Source: Octopus bimaculoides (taxonomy: Eukaryota). From it: a stretch of 64,000 nucleotides of DNA. The stretch spans positions 34,263,574 to 34,327,573 of the forward strand of contig NC_068982.1 of NCBI RefSeq assembly GCF_001194135.2, read 5' to 3'. Shown here piece by piece: positions 25,850 to 38,150 of this stretch. Below the pieces are notes generated by a model, which was given only the letters and a program-made list of their open reading frames with translations, was not told the origin of the DNA and ran no database searches. The position numbers and the translations under genes are program-made. The number at the start of each line of letters is the position of its first letter. Position 1 is the stretch's first letter.

Positions 25850-26470
25850 AATGGTTTCAAATTTTGGCATGAGGCCAGCAATTTTGGGAGCAGGGTAAGT
25901 TGATTGAATTGATCTCCATATTCAGCGGGTACTTATTTTACCAACTCTGAAAGGACGAAAGGCAAAGTCGACCTCAGTGCAATTTGAACACAGAACTTAA
26001 AGATGGACAAAATGCCACTAAACTCCAGGGTTAACATCTGAATGAAATTATGTATAGGCACAGGCAGGCTGTGTGGTAAGAAGCTTGCTTCCCATCCACA
26101 TAGTTCTGGGTTCAGTCCCAATGCGTGACATCTTGGGCAAGTGTCTTCTACTATAGCCTCAGGCCAAACAAAGCCTTGTGAGTGAATTTGATAGATGGAA
26201 CCTGAAAGAAGCTTGTCATATGTATACATGTATATGTATCTATGTGTGTGTCTTTGTGTCTGTGTTTGTCTGCTCCCACTGCTTTGACAACTGGTGTTGG
26301 TGCGTTTATGTCCTCGTAAGTTAGCAGCTCGGCAAAAAGAGACTGACAGAACAAGTACTAGGCTCAAAAAAAAAGAAGTCCTGGGGCCAATTTATTTGAC
26401 TAAAACCCTTCAAAGTGGTGCCTCAGCATGGCTGCAGTCAAATGACTGAAACAAGTTTAAGAAGAATAAA
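25850..26470. mobile_element. SINE-D (-) abutting a composite SINE B-(TA/TG)n-C (+)
   Basis: D core 25850-26020; B head ggctgtgtggtaagaagcttgcttccc from ~26060; C part tgtctgtgtttgtc...cagcatggctgcagtcaaatgactgaaacaagt. Confidence 0.8.
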
Positions 26471-26484
26471 AGAATATATATAAG

Positions 26485-27748
26485 GTGCAGTGAATAAATT
26501 GTCTAAATTACGCAAAAATGAAAATAACACTAACATCTAATTTTAACAGGTATTCTTAACAAAATTACATAAAAATATCTTGAAATACTAAAGAGTAAAT
26601 TTATGCAATAAAATATGCCCTCAGACAACTTCGGAATCTCCTGCAACTCTTCTGGACAGTCTCTTTGTTTAAGTTGGTCAATGCTGCCATAATCCTTGCC
26701 TTCAGTTCATCTTTGGTGTTACAAGGAATTTTGTTGGCCTCTCACTCAACTGTGCCCTGCACATAATAATCAAGGGTATTGTGGTCACAGAAATTGTCTG
26801 ACAGCCATGACTGGGTTCTCCTGCTTGTGTAGCATGGTGCAGAGTCCTGTTGCCAGACATANNNNNNNNNNTGTGTAGCATGGTGCAGAGTCCTGTTGCC
26901 AGACATAGGGTCTTCCAGCAGCCACCCTCTTCACCCAGGGCAGCATTACCTCCCCCAGGCACTTGACGTAGGCCTCCGTGTTGAGTCAGGCTGTATGAGA
27001 AGATGAATGGAGGTATAATGTTGCCATCACTAGTCATCAATCCAGACACCATGATGTTGACTGGATGTTGGAGTTTTATTACTCTCAGTACATGTTTTGG
27101 GGACACAGCAAGCCAACAGTTGTTCTGTGTGTTCACCATCTGATCTTAGCAGAAATTTTTCTCATCTGTGAAAAACCAAAGCATGTTCCATCAGAGGGGA
27201 TGCTTGAGTGTGTTCTAAAGCTTCGTAGCACGGTCTTTCCTCTTGTCCTTGATGGCTTGAGATAAAAATTGTCCCTTTCTTATCTTGTATGAGGAATACC
27301 GAATGTCTTCATCCACTACCTGTCTAAGAAACTCAGACACTCCTATGTTCCTGGCGATGGACCTAATTGACCTGGAGGGATCATTGTCAATCATGGCTTA
27401 GATCTCACCAACAAATTCAGGAGTTCTTTTCTTATCAGAACAATCAGTGAATTTTCCAAACTGCCATACCTTTGTAATCACCATTAGACCCATCCAACTC
27501 TTTCTGAATCCTGTGCACTGTCCTCAGATTGACACCCAAACACTCTGAAATGTTGATATTGGAGCCTCCAGCATGAATGCCAAGCAGTACAGCATGTCAT
27601 TTCTAAATTTCTGGCAGAGTGAATTGTGTCGTGGTGCTCTTTTTCTCACAGACGGTGTCCAACTGTCCCTACTATACTGTGTAGTTAACAAAATCAAAAA
27701 CAAACAATGCACATGCATGAAATTAAAATTATAAAATGGCAACGATTG

Positions 27749-27750
<2 letters not shown>
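26485..27750 (-). mobile_element. Decayed Tc1/mariner-superfamily transposon (maT/DD37D-like)
   Basis: KRTPEFVGEI.AMIDNDPSRSIRSIARNIGVS (HTH), NTQNN.WLA, MV.G..TSDG, GRPYVWQQDSAP, LDYYV; frameshifts, and the WPPxSPD motif is deleted. Confidence 0.85.
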
Positions 27751-27818
<68 letters not shown>

Positions 27819-28714
27819 TATATATCATCATCATCGTCATAATTTTTGTTGTATTTATAGGTGGGTATGAATGAAACCATGCAATAATGATATTAATAAT
27901 AACAGTTTCTAATTTAGGTACGAGACCACTAATTTTAAGGGAATGGAGTTAGTCTATAACATTGATATCAGTACATCACTGGTATTTTATTTCATTGAAT
28001 ATAAAGAGTTAAGAGGCCCCCAGCAAAATATGAACTCAGATTGTCAAGTGCTGCAATAAATACCACAAGACATTTTGTTTGACATGCTAACAACAATAAT
28101 AATAAAAATTATAATACTAATTTCTAAAATAATTGCAAGGAGCAGGCTACATGTGTTTATCAATAACTTTGTGATTCTGATATAAAGAAACTGATATAAA
28201 CAGTAGCTCACTATATAACACCAATAACATTAATAGTGATGTTTTCCACTTAGGCCAAAGGCCAACTCTAATTGTTAGCAATAATTATGAATAACCATTT
28301 TATTGACTAAATATATAACGTTTCAGTCAAAATATGAACAGATGCTACTGTCTGCTAGGTTATAATTATCACCATAGCAACCAAAAAATGATTGTGTAAT
28401 GACATAATTCCATACACTGTATACATGTATGCTCATATAGATCTAGATATATATTGTATGCACAAATATATGTGTGTATGCTTATATAGATATGAATGGG
28501 TGTCATGGCTGTGTGGTTAAGATGTTCAATTCCCAGCCATACAGTTTTGGGTTCAGTTCCACTGCATGGCACTTTGAGCAAACGTCTTCTACTATACAGC
28601 CTTGGGATAAAGATCTTTTCTGAGTCATATAGACTCACAGGGTCAGTTTCCTGGTTTCTGTGGCGTATATATTCCTCACTTGGATGGGTCACTGACCTGT
28701 TGCAGGATTGCTCA

Positions 28715-28848
28715 TTTTTACCGGCTGAGTGGACTGGAGTAATGTGAAATGAAGTGTTTTACTCAAGAACACAATGTATCAGCTGGTCCAGAATTCGAAA
28801 CCACAATCTTAAGATCCAACACTCTAACTACTAAGCCACATGCCTCTA
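28715..28848 (-). mobile_element. 5' part of tRNA-head SINE family E
   Basis: Reverse complement of the head of the 52455-52800 copy. Confidence 0.65.
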
Positions 28849-28862
28849 TTATCATTCATTAA

Positions 28863-28904
<42 letters not shown>

Positions 28905-29305
28905 ATTGACCAGTGACCGGTCTGTCAAAATGCTAGAAGAAGCTCACTTAAAAAATTCTCAAATACGGATTNNNNNNNNNNNNNNNNNNNNNNNNNNNNN
29001 NNNNNNNNNNNNNNNNNNNNNNNNNNNNNNNNNNNNNNNNNNNNNNNNNNNNNNNNNNNNNNNNNNNNNNNNNNNNNNNNNNNNNNNNNNNNNNNNNNNN
29101 NNNNNNNNNNNNNNNNNNNNNNNNNNNNNNNNNNNNNNNNNNNNNNNNNNNNNNNNNNNNNNNNNNNNNNNNNNNNNNNNNNNNNNNNNNNNNNNNNNNN
29201 NNNNNNNNNNNNNNNTTCAAGAACCTTCTGATTCTTTTAATGTGCTAGTTTCCTGGTATTAAATTGATATTAATTAATATCGAATTTTTACCATATTATG
29301 TTAAT

Positions 29306-29336
<31 letters not shown>

Positions 29337-29378
29337 ATATATATACTTTATTTAAAAGCAGCAGAAATATAACAAAAG

Positions 29379-29418
29379 ACTGTTACTCGGAGTTTCACGT
29401 TCCTGTTCATCGGACAGT
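29379..29418 (-). ncRNA. Minimal type I hammerhead ribozyme motif (CCGAUGA variant), Penelope-like terminal repeat
   Basis: Minus strand ACTGT-CCGATGA-AC(aggaac)GT-GAA-ACTCCGAGT-A-ACAGT: 5-bp stem I, 2-bp stem II, quasi-palindromic stem III. Confidence 0.6.
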
Positions 29419-29552
29419 TTTGTAAAAGACACTCATCCAAAGTAATGGGATTAAACTCTTAATCGCATTATTGTGAAGCAACCTTCTTATCCATTCAGCC
29501 ATGGATTTGCTACAGTAATACACATGCACATGCATAAACACACACACATGTA

Positions 29553-29749
29553 GGAGGGGCTGCTGAAAAAGTCCTGGCTTTAAGGGTATTGTGAAAGGTC
29601 TGAATTCTTCTGAATTCTTTTACAGGGTTTACAAAAACTGAAGGGCCACATGTGAACCTGAGAGGGGAAATATGTTGAATAAAATCATAATTAACTGATC
29701 CTCCTGTATTGTCTTTAACCAAAAGCCAGGAACTTATCAACACCCCTTG
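29553..29749. mobile_element. 197-bp mariner-type MITE
   Basis: TA|GGAGGGGCTGCTGAAAAAGTCCTGGCTTT ... AAAGCCAGGAACTTATCAACACCCCTTG|TA. Confidence 0.8.
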
Positions 29750-29908
29750 TAAATATACATACAAGCCCATAGGAAATATGAGCAGACAAGTGTGTGTGTG
29801 GGGTGAGGGTGAGGAAACAAAAGATGATTGGAAAATGAAATTGTTAATGTTGAGAAAATAAGGTCTTTCACTTCTCATCAGCCCTACCTGACTTCATACA
29901 AGAATGAA

Positions 29909-30121
29909 CCCTTTAGTATTTAAACCGGCCATATCCAGTCCAAATATTCTATCTATTTTATGCTCAACCTGGCCAGTTCTAGCCTCTCACACCTACCCTA
30001 CAGTTACATTCAAAAATAAACAATCACATCATTAAAATCTTGAAGCTACAAGATAATGCATGATTAATTCAAAACAATAAATAAGAATTACATTTGATAG
30101 ATTAATTTGAACGCAAAAGGG
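29909..30121 (-). mobile_element. ~210-bp TTAA (piggyBac-like) MITE
   Basis: ccctttag...aaaaggg|ttaa; same family as 36670-36878. Confidence 0.8.
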
Positions 30122-31510
30122 TTAATCTTACATTTACTTAGTGTTCCTATGTTATTTCATCCACTCACCACTGAACACATACAATCTCTAGTATAATACA
30201 GTCTCTACTGTTACTCAGCTAACTGGTAGCCAAATTTCCTGCTTTAGAATCATAATTTATTGAACCGTGACATACTTAGCACAAACATCAAGCTCTTTTG
30301 AATATTAAACTTCTTGTTTGTGACTAGACAGTTGTTGCTGTCACTACTACTGCTATTTTTGTTGTTTGTCTCAAGGTTAGTCCTTATAGAGTGAAACTAT
30401 GGCACATCAATAATTGGTTGCTTTTTATTATCTGTTGCTTCACATGGTTGATAATTCACTTTCCAATTTCCAATTCTTTTGTAGTGTACTTGTTACTTTT
30501 TCATTGAAGCAGTCATGCAGGAAATTAATTTGCTGTTTGATAGGGCAGATAAAATCAAAATAACTAGTGACAACATGGCAACTCTTCATATATAATCCTG
30601 CATTTATTTCCATACTCCTTTTTTATCTATATTTTTTTTAGGAGAGGTGCATTAGATATGGCAATTTCAGGTCAAAAGCCTGAGGTACTTTCCACTAACA
30701 GATTTGCCCAATAAGAAATTGGCCATATTTTAATTAGCATTTATTTATTACTTCTGCCTTTATATGTAGATACACAATGGCAAAGTGTAGAGAAACTAGA
30801 TTGTACTTTTGCAGTTCTGTAGCCTGTTGTAGGCAGTTCATTGTTTCAGGACAAAACAACTCTACTCTAGCTGTTTGATAGAAAAAAAGTTTCATGATTT
30901 ATTAAGCAACAGCCTTTCCCCTCTGAAGATTAGAATGGCTATTTAAATGGTTTTTTTCACCCTACGATAGAACATCAACCATATGATTTCAGGTTCAGTC
31001 CCATTGCCTGGCACCTTAGGTAAACATCTTCTACTAAAGTACCAGGCTGACCAAAGCCTTGTGATTAGATTTAGTACAATGAAACTGAAAGAAGCTTACT
31101 GTGTGTGTATGTGCGTGTGTGTGCTCGTCTTTGGCTTGACATTGTGTGATAATAGTAAATGAGTGTCACTGCCAAGTGGTGTCATTTATTTCCGATATTC
31201 TGTGAAATATGTCTGGTCATGAAGAAATATTAGTTTACTTGGCAACAAGTGAGGTTTGGCAATAGGAAAGACAACTGGCCATAAAAAAATCTGCCTTAAT
31301 GAATTCTGTCTGATCCATGTAAGAATGGAAAAGTGGATGTGAAAACAATGATGATGATGCAGTTTCCGGGGACTTTACAAATTTATCAGACTATATCTTG
31401 TATGATTTCAAAGGAAACTTATGGCCCATACGATGTCATGATGAGAAAATGTTTCTATGTTGGCTATTCAAAGGGTTGTTTAAAACTACTTCCTCCATAA
31501 CAACAACTGT

Positions 31511-31889
31511 TGTTGTTGGCACTCCGTCGCTTACAACGTCGAGGGTTCCAGTTGATCCACTCAACGGAACAACCTGCTCGTGAAATTAACGTGCAAGTGG
31601 CTGAGCACTCCACAGACACGTGTACCCTTAACGTAGTTCTCGGGGATATTCAGCGTGACACAGTGTGACAAGGCTGACCCTTTGAATTACAGGCACAACA
31701 GAAACAAGAAGTAAGAGAAAGTTGTGGTGAAAGAGTACAGCAGGGTTCGCCACCATCCCATGCTGGAGCCTTGTGGAACTTTAGGTGTTTTCGCTCAATA
31801 AACACTCACAACACCCGGTCTGGGAATTGAAACCGCGATCCTATGACCACGAGTCCGCTGCCCTAACCACTGGGCCATTGTGCCTCCAC
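31511..31889 (-). mobile_element. Full-length tRNA-derived SINE family A
   Basis: Close reverse complement of 2468-2849; 12-bp TSD aacaacaactgt (31499-31510 and 31890-31901). Confidence 0.9.
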
Positions 31890-33627
31890 AACAACAACTG
31901 TAGAAAAAGTAAAATTCGTAATGTGGTGCAGAGCCATGCTATTAGGTAGTCAAGATAAATACAAAAGAGTTCAAAATCTGCTTCCAGAAATGAAATGTAA
32001 TTTTAAAAACAAAAATAACCTAATGCTTTAATGAAGGTAAAGTGCCATTATTCTCCTCCACTTTGTTACATACCCATCCTATCCATGGTTGAATGTTTGT
32101 GGGTGTACATAGCAAATTGTTTTCCAGTGTATTTTACTTCTCAAGAGTGTCATCTCATCCTTGAGCTCCATTGTTCTCAAATCCTGTCTTTCTCAATCTA
32201 TCTCTACCACACTTACATTCAACCACCAATTTGCAGTATATTTATCACGTTAGCTTACATTACACATACAGACTAACAAGTTGTTTCAAAAACTGCAGGC
32301 TGCAATCAAGTGTAGTTGAAAATAAATATTGATATCCACATCTTAGCTGGCATTATTTACACTAGATAAAATTATCAACTGTAAACAAAGTGTACAAAAC
32401 AAGCAATTTATATACGTAGGCATAGATGTGGCTGTGTGGGAGAAATTTGCTTCTGGTCCAGTCAACGTAGTGGGACTGAATAGCCCCAGGATGACCAAAG
32501 CTTTGTGAGTGGATTTGGTAGATGGAAACTGAAAGAAGATTGTCATGTGTATATCATCAACAGCATCATCATGATTTATCATTAGTTTTCCATGCTGGCA
32601 TGAATTGGACTATATATATATATTCTTTCTACTATAGGCACATCAACCCCAGTACTTAACTGGTACTTAATTTATCAACCCTGGAAGGATGAAAGGTAAA
32701 GTCAACCTTGGTGGAATTTGAACTTGGAATGCTAATGATTCTGCCAGCTCACCTTATTATATGTATGTATATATCTGTGTGTGTGTGTTTGTGTGTATGT
32801 TTGTCCCTTTGACAACTAGTGTTGATTTGTTTATGTACCCTGTAACCTAGGGGTTCTGTAAAAGAACCCAGTAGATTAAGTACCCAGCTAAAAATAAGCG
32901 CTAGGATTGATTTGTTTGACTAGACTTATCAAGGCAGTGCCCCAGCATGGCCACAGTTCAATGACTGAAATAAGTAAAAGATATATGTCACTTGTTGCTG
33001 TATTTATTATCCATCATGTTATTGCATAAACAATTAAGTAATAATAATTTATGCATGTATTTTTTGTGGTAACATTTACTATCTGTCTATCTGATATTAT
33101 AGTATGTAAAAAGAGAGTACTCATAATTTAATACATATTTATTATGAGTCTAACCAACATATGATAATGAATAGACAGAAAGTAGCAATAGTTTATGTGC
33201 ATATGTATTGTGATAATATTTACTGTCTATTCAACTCATGTTAATTCTTTACTTTTGGTTTATACAGTAATGTGTAGGATAATAAATATGGCAACAATGT
33301 ACATAAATTATTTGTAACCTCAGCTTACAGTTGATATCTTTTCTGATGTTAATTATGTCAACTATAAAATGAAAATGGTATTTATTGATGACTAAATGCA
33401 GTTTATGAGATAACATGCTGGTTTGGATGAGTTAGACAAACAGAGAATACCCATTATTTATGTAAATATAGGTGCAGACATGACTATATATAGTTAAGAA
33501 ACTTGCTTTGCAACCACATAGTTTCAGGTTCAGTCTCTCTGTGCCACCTTAGGAAAATGTCTTCCACTATAGCACTGGGCTGACCAAAGTGAATAAATTT
33601 GGTTGATGGAAACTGTGTGGAAGCCTG

Positions 33628-33660
<33 letters not shown>

Positions 33661-33666
<6 letters not shown>

Positions 33667-34070
33667 AATAGGACGAATTCTTTTACAAGAATTTATCAGA
33701 ATATATTCAGTGCTGAATTTATTCTGAGTAAGAGGCATATTTACCGAGATGCAATTCGAAATTCCCGCCACTTACATAGGGAAATAGCGATGACCAGTCG
33801 TCTATATGCTATGCTGGATACATGGTGTTTGTTTGGTATGTTGATTCATTGTTTATTTCTATTTTTCTTGACCATATTATACTGACGAGTAGAAGTTGTA
33901 TAATACTACAATAACTACGAAATCATGATCTATATTTTAGTTCGTTTTTAAGGGTTGGTTTTGAGAGTTGCATTTCCTCGCATTTGGTAAAAATGTGATT
34001 TTTATAGTAGTCTGACCTTAGAGTCCCTCATAGCGTGAGGTGTTATTGTATAGTAATGCCCTTATATAAA
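33661..34070 (+). mobile_element. Penelope-like terminal repeat (pLTR) inserted in the (TA)n linker of a B-C composite SINE
   Basis: Flanked by (TA)n; carries a hammerhead core at 33878-33934. Confidence 0.55.
33878..33934 (+). ncRNA. Type I hammerhead ribozyme motif with canonical core
   Basis: TATA-CTGACGA-GTAG(aag-TTGTA-taatac-TACAA-taa)CTAC-GAA-ATCATGAT-C-TATA; predicted cleavage after C33930. Confidence 0.7.
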
Positions 34071-34259
34071 TATAAATATATATATATATGAATGTGTGTG
34101 TATGTGTGTCTGTGTTTGTCCCCCACCCCCACCATCGCTTGACAACCGATGCTGGTGTGTTTGCGTCCCCATAACTTAGCGGTTCAGCATTAAGAAACTG
34201 ATAGAATAAGTACTAGGCTTCCAAAGAATAAGTCCTGGGGTCGATTTGCTCGACTAAAG

Positions 34260-34700
34260 TTATGTCATCACTGATACTAGTCAGATCAACCGCATAAGTG
34301 TTACTGAAAACAGAGCAGTATTGTCTCTGCAGTATCTCGCACATGGATTTTGCATCATCATGTAGTGTTGTTGTCATCAACCAGAGAACCAACAGTGGAA
34401 ACAGTGTCTTTATGTCTTTTTGCAAATGATAAGAACACTTTGGGATTGAGTTTTATTTTCTCAAGGGCCCAATTCTCCTCAGCTGCTCTTTGTTTGTTAA
34501 TGATGGTCATCATGCTCTTTTGGAGGTTGTGTTTTTTCGAGTGATGCAATGACAGTCGAATGGGTGCATTGCTGCTGGCAGTATTTAAGTTAGTTGATTT
34601 TCTTGTTAATTCTTTTTATTTTTCTGATAATTGCTCTTCTTTTTCTAGGGATTCTGCACTTAGATTTGTATACTGATCTTAATGGAGTATGTTTTGCGCA
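34260..34700 (-). mobile_element. CR1/L2-like LINE ORF2 linker fragment
   Basis: ALEKIKLNPKVFLSFAKRHK..VGSLVDD...SMCEILQRQYCSVFS resembles the K.NPK.F...VG.L...L..SVF linker between EN and RT. Confidence 0.7.
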
Positions 34701-35999
34701 TATATTTGTTATAGTATCTACNNNNNNNNNNNNNNNNNNNNNNNNNNNNNNNNNNNNNNNNNNNNNNNNNNNNNNNNNNNNNNNNNNNNNNNNNNNNNNN
34801 NNNNNNNNNNNNNNNNNNNNNATTAATATTTAGCAGAAGCAACAGAGTGATTCAAGGGCCAAAAAGGCCAATGCAGCAAACTCTTGGCCCTTAAGTTACT
34901 TTGTTGGTTCTGTTAAATATTAATAAAAGTATACTCATATTCTGAGTTCTATTTTTCCTGTTTGCATCACCATATCTGTGTGTGTGTGTGTGTGATGTTT
35001 ACGTGTGTGCATGTATCTGTCACTCTTCCTCCACTGCTTAACAACCAGTCATGGTTTGTTTACATCCTTATAACTTAGTAGTTTGGTAACAGAAACTGAT
35101 AGAATAAGTCAGACTTAAAAGGAAAACATAAGTACTGGGGTACTTATGTTTCGCTAAATTCTTTTAAGGAGGTGCTCCAGCATGGCTGCAGTCCATTGAT
35201 TGAAACAAGTAAAAGATAAAAGATAAAAAAATATCTTATTGTTGTAGTATTTATTAAAAGTCCATCTAGATCCAGATTGAAATTTTGGAAACCCCTGGGT
35301 CACAAATACTGTGAGGACCTTAGTGATATTGATATTTTCAATAACTTTTCACATTATCTCTGGAGACCCTCCAGACACTCCATTTGGTAGAGACCTCTGG
35401 ATTGCAGTCCATAATGTCCATGCCTTATTCCAATTAATGTATGAACAGAAAGTGCCAATAATTTATGTAAGTATTCCTTATGACAATATCTATTATTTGT
35501 GCAGGCATAGCTATGAGGCACCAGGGTGGATGTGTTGTTAAGAAGCTTGCTTCCCAGCCATGTGGTTTTGGGTTCAGTCCCACTGCATGGTGCCTCAAGT
35601 AAGTTCCCTCTACTATAGTTTTGGGCCAACCAAAGCCATGTGCATGGATTTCGTAAGAAGCCTGTCATATATATGTAAATGCGTGTGTGCATGTTTGCGT
35701 GTCTCCTTGTCTTGATGTCATATGATAGTGGTAAGCAAGCAATACCATCATACAAGCAATGTTGTTTGTTTCCAGTTTTCTGTGAAATTTAGATATGTGG
35801 AAATATTACCTTGCTTGGAAACAGGTGATAATCAGTGACAAGAAGAGCATGTAGTTGTAGAAAATTTACCTTGACAAATTTCGTCTGACCCTTGCAAGCA
35901 TGGAAAAGTGGGCATTAAAGTGATGATGATAACAATGCTTACGAAAATACATTTAAAAGAAGAAAAATAAAAATAAAGACAATTAAAGAAAATACTTAC

Positions 36000-36146
36000 A
36001 CTGCTGCCCCCAAAACAAATGAACAAGCATGGGATATTAATAAAGTTGGCAGATTTTCCATACAGAACACACCATTACGCAAAACTTTGGTATTACGCAC
36101 ACTCAGTCTATGGCGGCGTGGGTGTTTGAAATATCCACTTAAATCT
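36000..36146 (-). CDS. BNIP3: BNIP3/NIX-family coding exon (probably exon 5), FKHP motif and most of the TM anchor
   Basis: Pyrimidine tract + ctccag acceptor, donor GT|GTAAGT, 147 nt. DLSGYFKHPRRHRLSVRNTKVLRNGVFCMENLPTLLISHACSFVLGAA(V) aligns to human [24 protein letters not shown]...LPSLLLSH. Confidence 0.95.
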
Positions 36147-36669
36147 CTGGAGAAAAAAAATGAAAATGGAAATGTAACATTAGATATTACAAGTAGCAAT
36201 TTGGCCAGAAAAGAATAACAATTGGCAAACTAATGGACAGCCCTGTCACTTGCCATGTTACCAATTACACAAAAGAATGCTCGCCATTCCAACTTTTCAA
36301 ATAAGACACTGTAATTTATTTTTGTTATTTTAACTCTATCAATTTATTTCTACAAAATAATCCACCAGTCACTTAGCATTAGTAGAATAGGTTATTTTAC
36401 TCATATCCAATATATAATAATTATATGGTTTGTATCTCCATTACTGGGCTTTTTTTCTCTTTGCTGTTTCATATTGGTGCTCATTGTCAATAATATGATT
36501 TATGTTGAAAATATTAGTGGTTATTTCATAATTTCATTTATGCTTGTTACTTAGAGAAGAAATTTTGTAGGAAGAGAGCAAAGCAAAAATAATGTAAGCC
36601 AATAAAGGAACTTCTTTAGAGATGGTTGATTTTTATGTAATTACTAAATATTTTTCAAGACTCTTTTAA

Positions 36670-36878
36670 TCCTTTAGCATTCAAATTACTCTGTCAAATG
36701 TAATACTTATTGTTTCAAATTAATCATGCAGTTTCTTGTGGCTTTCAGATTTCAATGAAGTGATTGTTTATTTTCAGAATAACATTGTAGACTAAGTGTG
36801 AGAGGCCAGTTGCAGCCACTTTGAACATAAAACAAGTAGGATATTAGGCTGAATATGGTCGGTTTAAATGCTAAAGGA
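36670..36878 (+). mobile_element. TTAA (piggyBac-like) MITE between BNIP3 exons 4 and 5
   Basis: TTAA|tcctttagcatt ... aatgctaaagga|TTAA. Confidence 0.85.
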
Positions 36879-36964
36879 TTAAATGTTATTTTTAATTAGG
36901 ACAACATATGTATGTACGAATGAATGAACAAACAAACGAATGAATGAAAGGCAATAATGCTCAC

Positions 36965-37029
36965 CCAACAGGCTGAATTTCTGGCCTACTTGACCAATCC
37001 CATATCCAATCTGTCCCTACAGATTCTCC
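36965..37029 (-). CDS. BNIP3: BNIP3/NIX-family coding exon (probably exon 4), DWIWDWSSRPE motif
   Basis: Acceptor ccattttgcag, donor GG|GTGAGC, 65 nt. GESVGTDWIWDWSSRPEIQPV(G) contains the family hallmark DWIWDWSSRPE. Confidence 0.95.
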
Positions 37030-37449
37030 CTGCAAAATGGGGGAAAAAATGATTTAATTTGATGTCTACATTTTTTATGTATGTACATAATCACATTTTT
37101 ATTTACTTAACAACAGAAATATTTAAAGAATCAAAAAAGGATCATACAGTCCAGTCACCCTCTGCATACTTTGCAATGTCTGCTTGCAATCACACATGAA
37201 AAGCTTCATTTACACATTACAATACAGTTTTCAATAAGATCCTTCCTGGCTTAACCCCTTCCCCTCCAAACAAAAACTATCACTCAAATGAACAATATGC
37301 AATTCATAGCATTGATAAAAATGCTTTGCAGTATTTCTATATGTTCTTCAAGGGTCAGTAAACTAACGCACCAGTCAAATACTGGGTTTGATGGTATCAA
37401 TTATCCTCAAAGGCTGTTGGCTTTGTGGCTGTATTGGAAAAAAATTATT

Positions 37450-38150
37450 ATTATTATTATTTGGAAAGGTGGCAAGCTGGTAGAATAGTTAGCACACTGG
37501 GCAAAATGCTTAGCAGCATTTCATCTGTCTTTTATGTTCTCAGTTCAAATTCTGCCAAAGTCGACTTTGTCTTTCATCCTTTCAGGGTTGAAGAAATAAG
37601 TACCGGTTACACACTGGGGGTTGATGTAACTGACTAGCCTCCTCCCCCAAAATTTCAGGCCTTGCACTTATAGTAGAAAGGATTATTATTATCATTTGGA
37701 AAGTTGGCAGAATTGATAGCACATCAGTCAAAAAGCTTAGTGGTATTTCTTCTGACTCATTATGCACTGAGTTCAAATGCTGCCAAGGCTGACTTTGTTT
37801 TTGGGGGTTGATAAATTAAGTTGTGCCCTGCGGGTAGGGGGTGATGTAATTGACTTGCCCTCTCACCTGAAATTGTTGGTCTTGTACTAAAATTTGAAAT
37901 CATTATTATGGTGGCAAGCTGACAGAATCATTAGCACATTGGACAAAATGTTTTGAGGCATTTGTTCTAGATTTTTACGTTCTGAGTTCAGATACCACTA
38001 AAGTTAACTTTGTCTTTTGCTTTTTTGGGACTTGATAAAATAAAATATCAGTCAAGTGCTAGGGGGTCAATGTAATTGACTAATCCCCCACCCCACTGCC
38101 TTAAAATTACTAAACTTCTGCCAGAATTAGAAAGAATAATTATTACTATT
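37450..38150 (+). mobile_element. Three head-to-tail SINE-D copies
   Basis: Repeated ggtggcaagctggcagaat heads separated by (ATT)n. Confidence 0.8.

Noticed and set aside
26824-26910. Direct repeat tgtagcatggtgcagagtcctgttgccagacata
   Set aside because: The copies sit on both sides of a 10-N gap, so this is an unmerged contig overlap.
24505-30684. Two 43-nt plus-strand exon-like segments (YKSLKRYRKCEMFI; RGALDMAISGQKPE) suggesting a nested antisense gene
   Set aside because: They have no homology, no linking exon of the needed phase, and are expected by chance.
33310-33360. 33-nt minus-strand exon-like segment in BNIP3 intron 5
   Set aside because: It is open only in phase 1; in the required phase 2 it gives an immediate stop.
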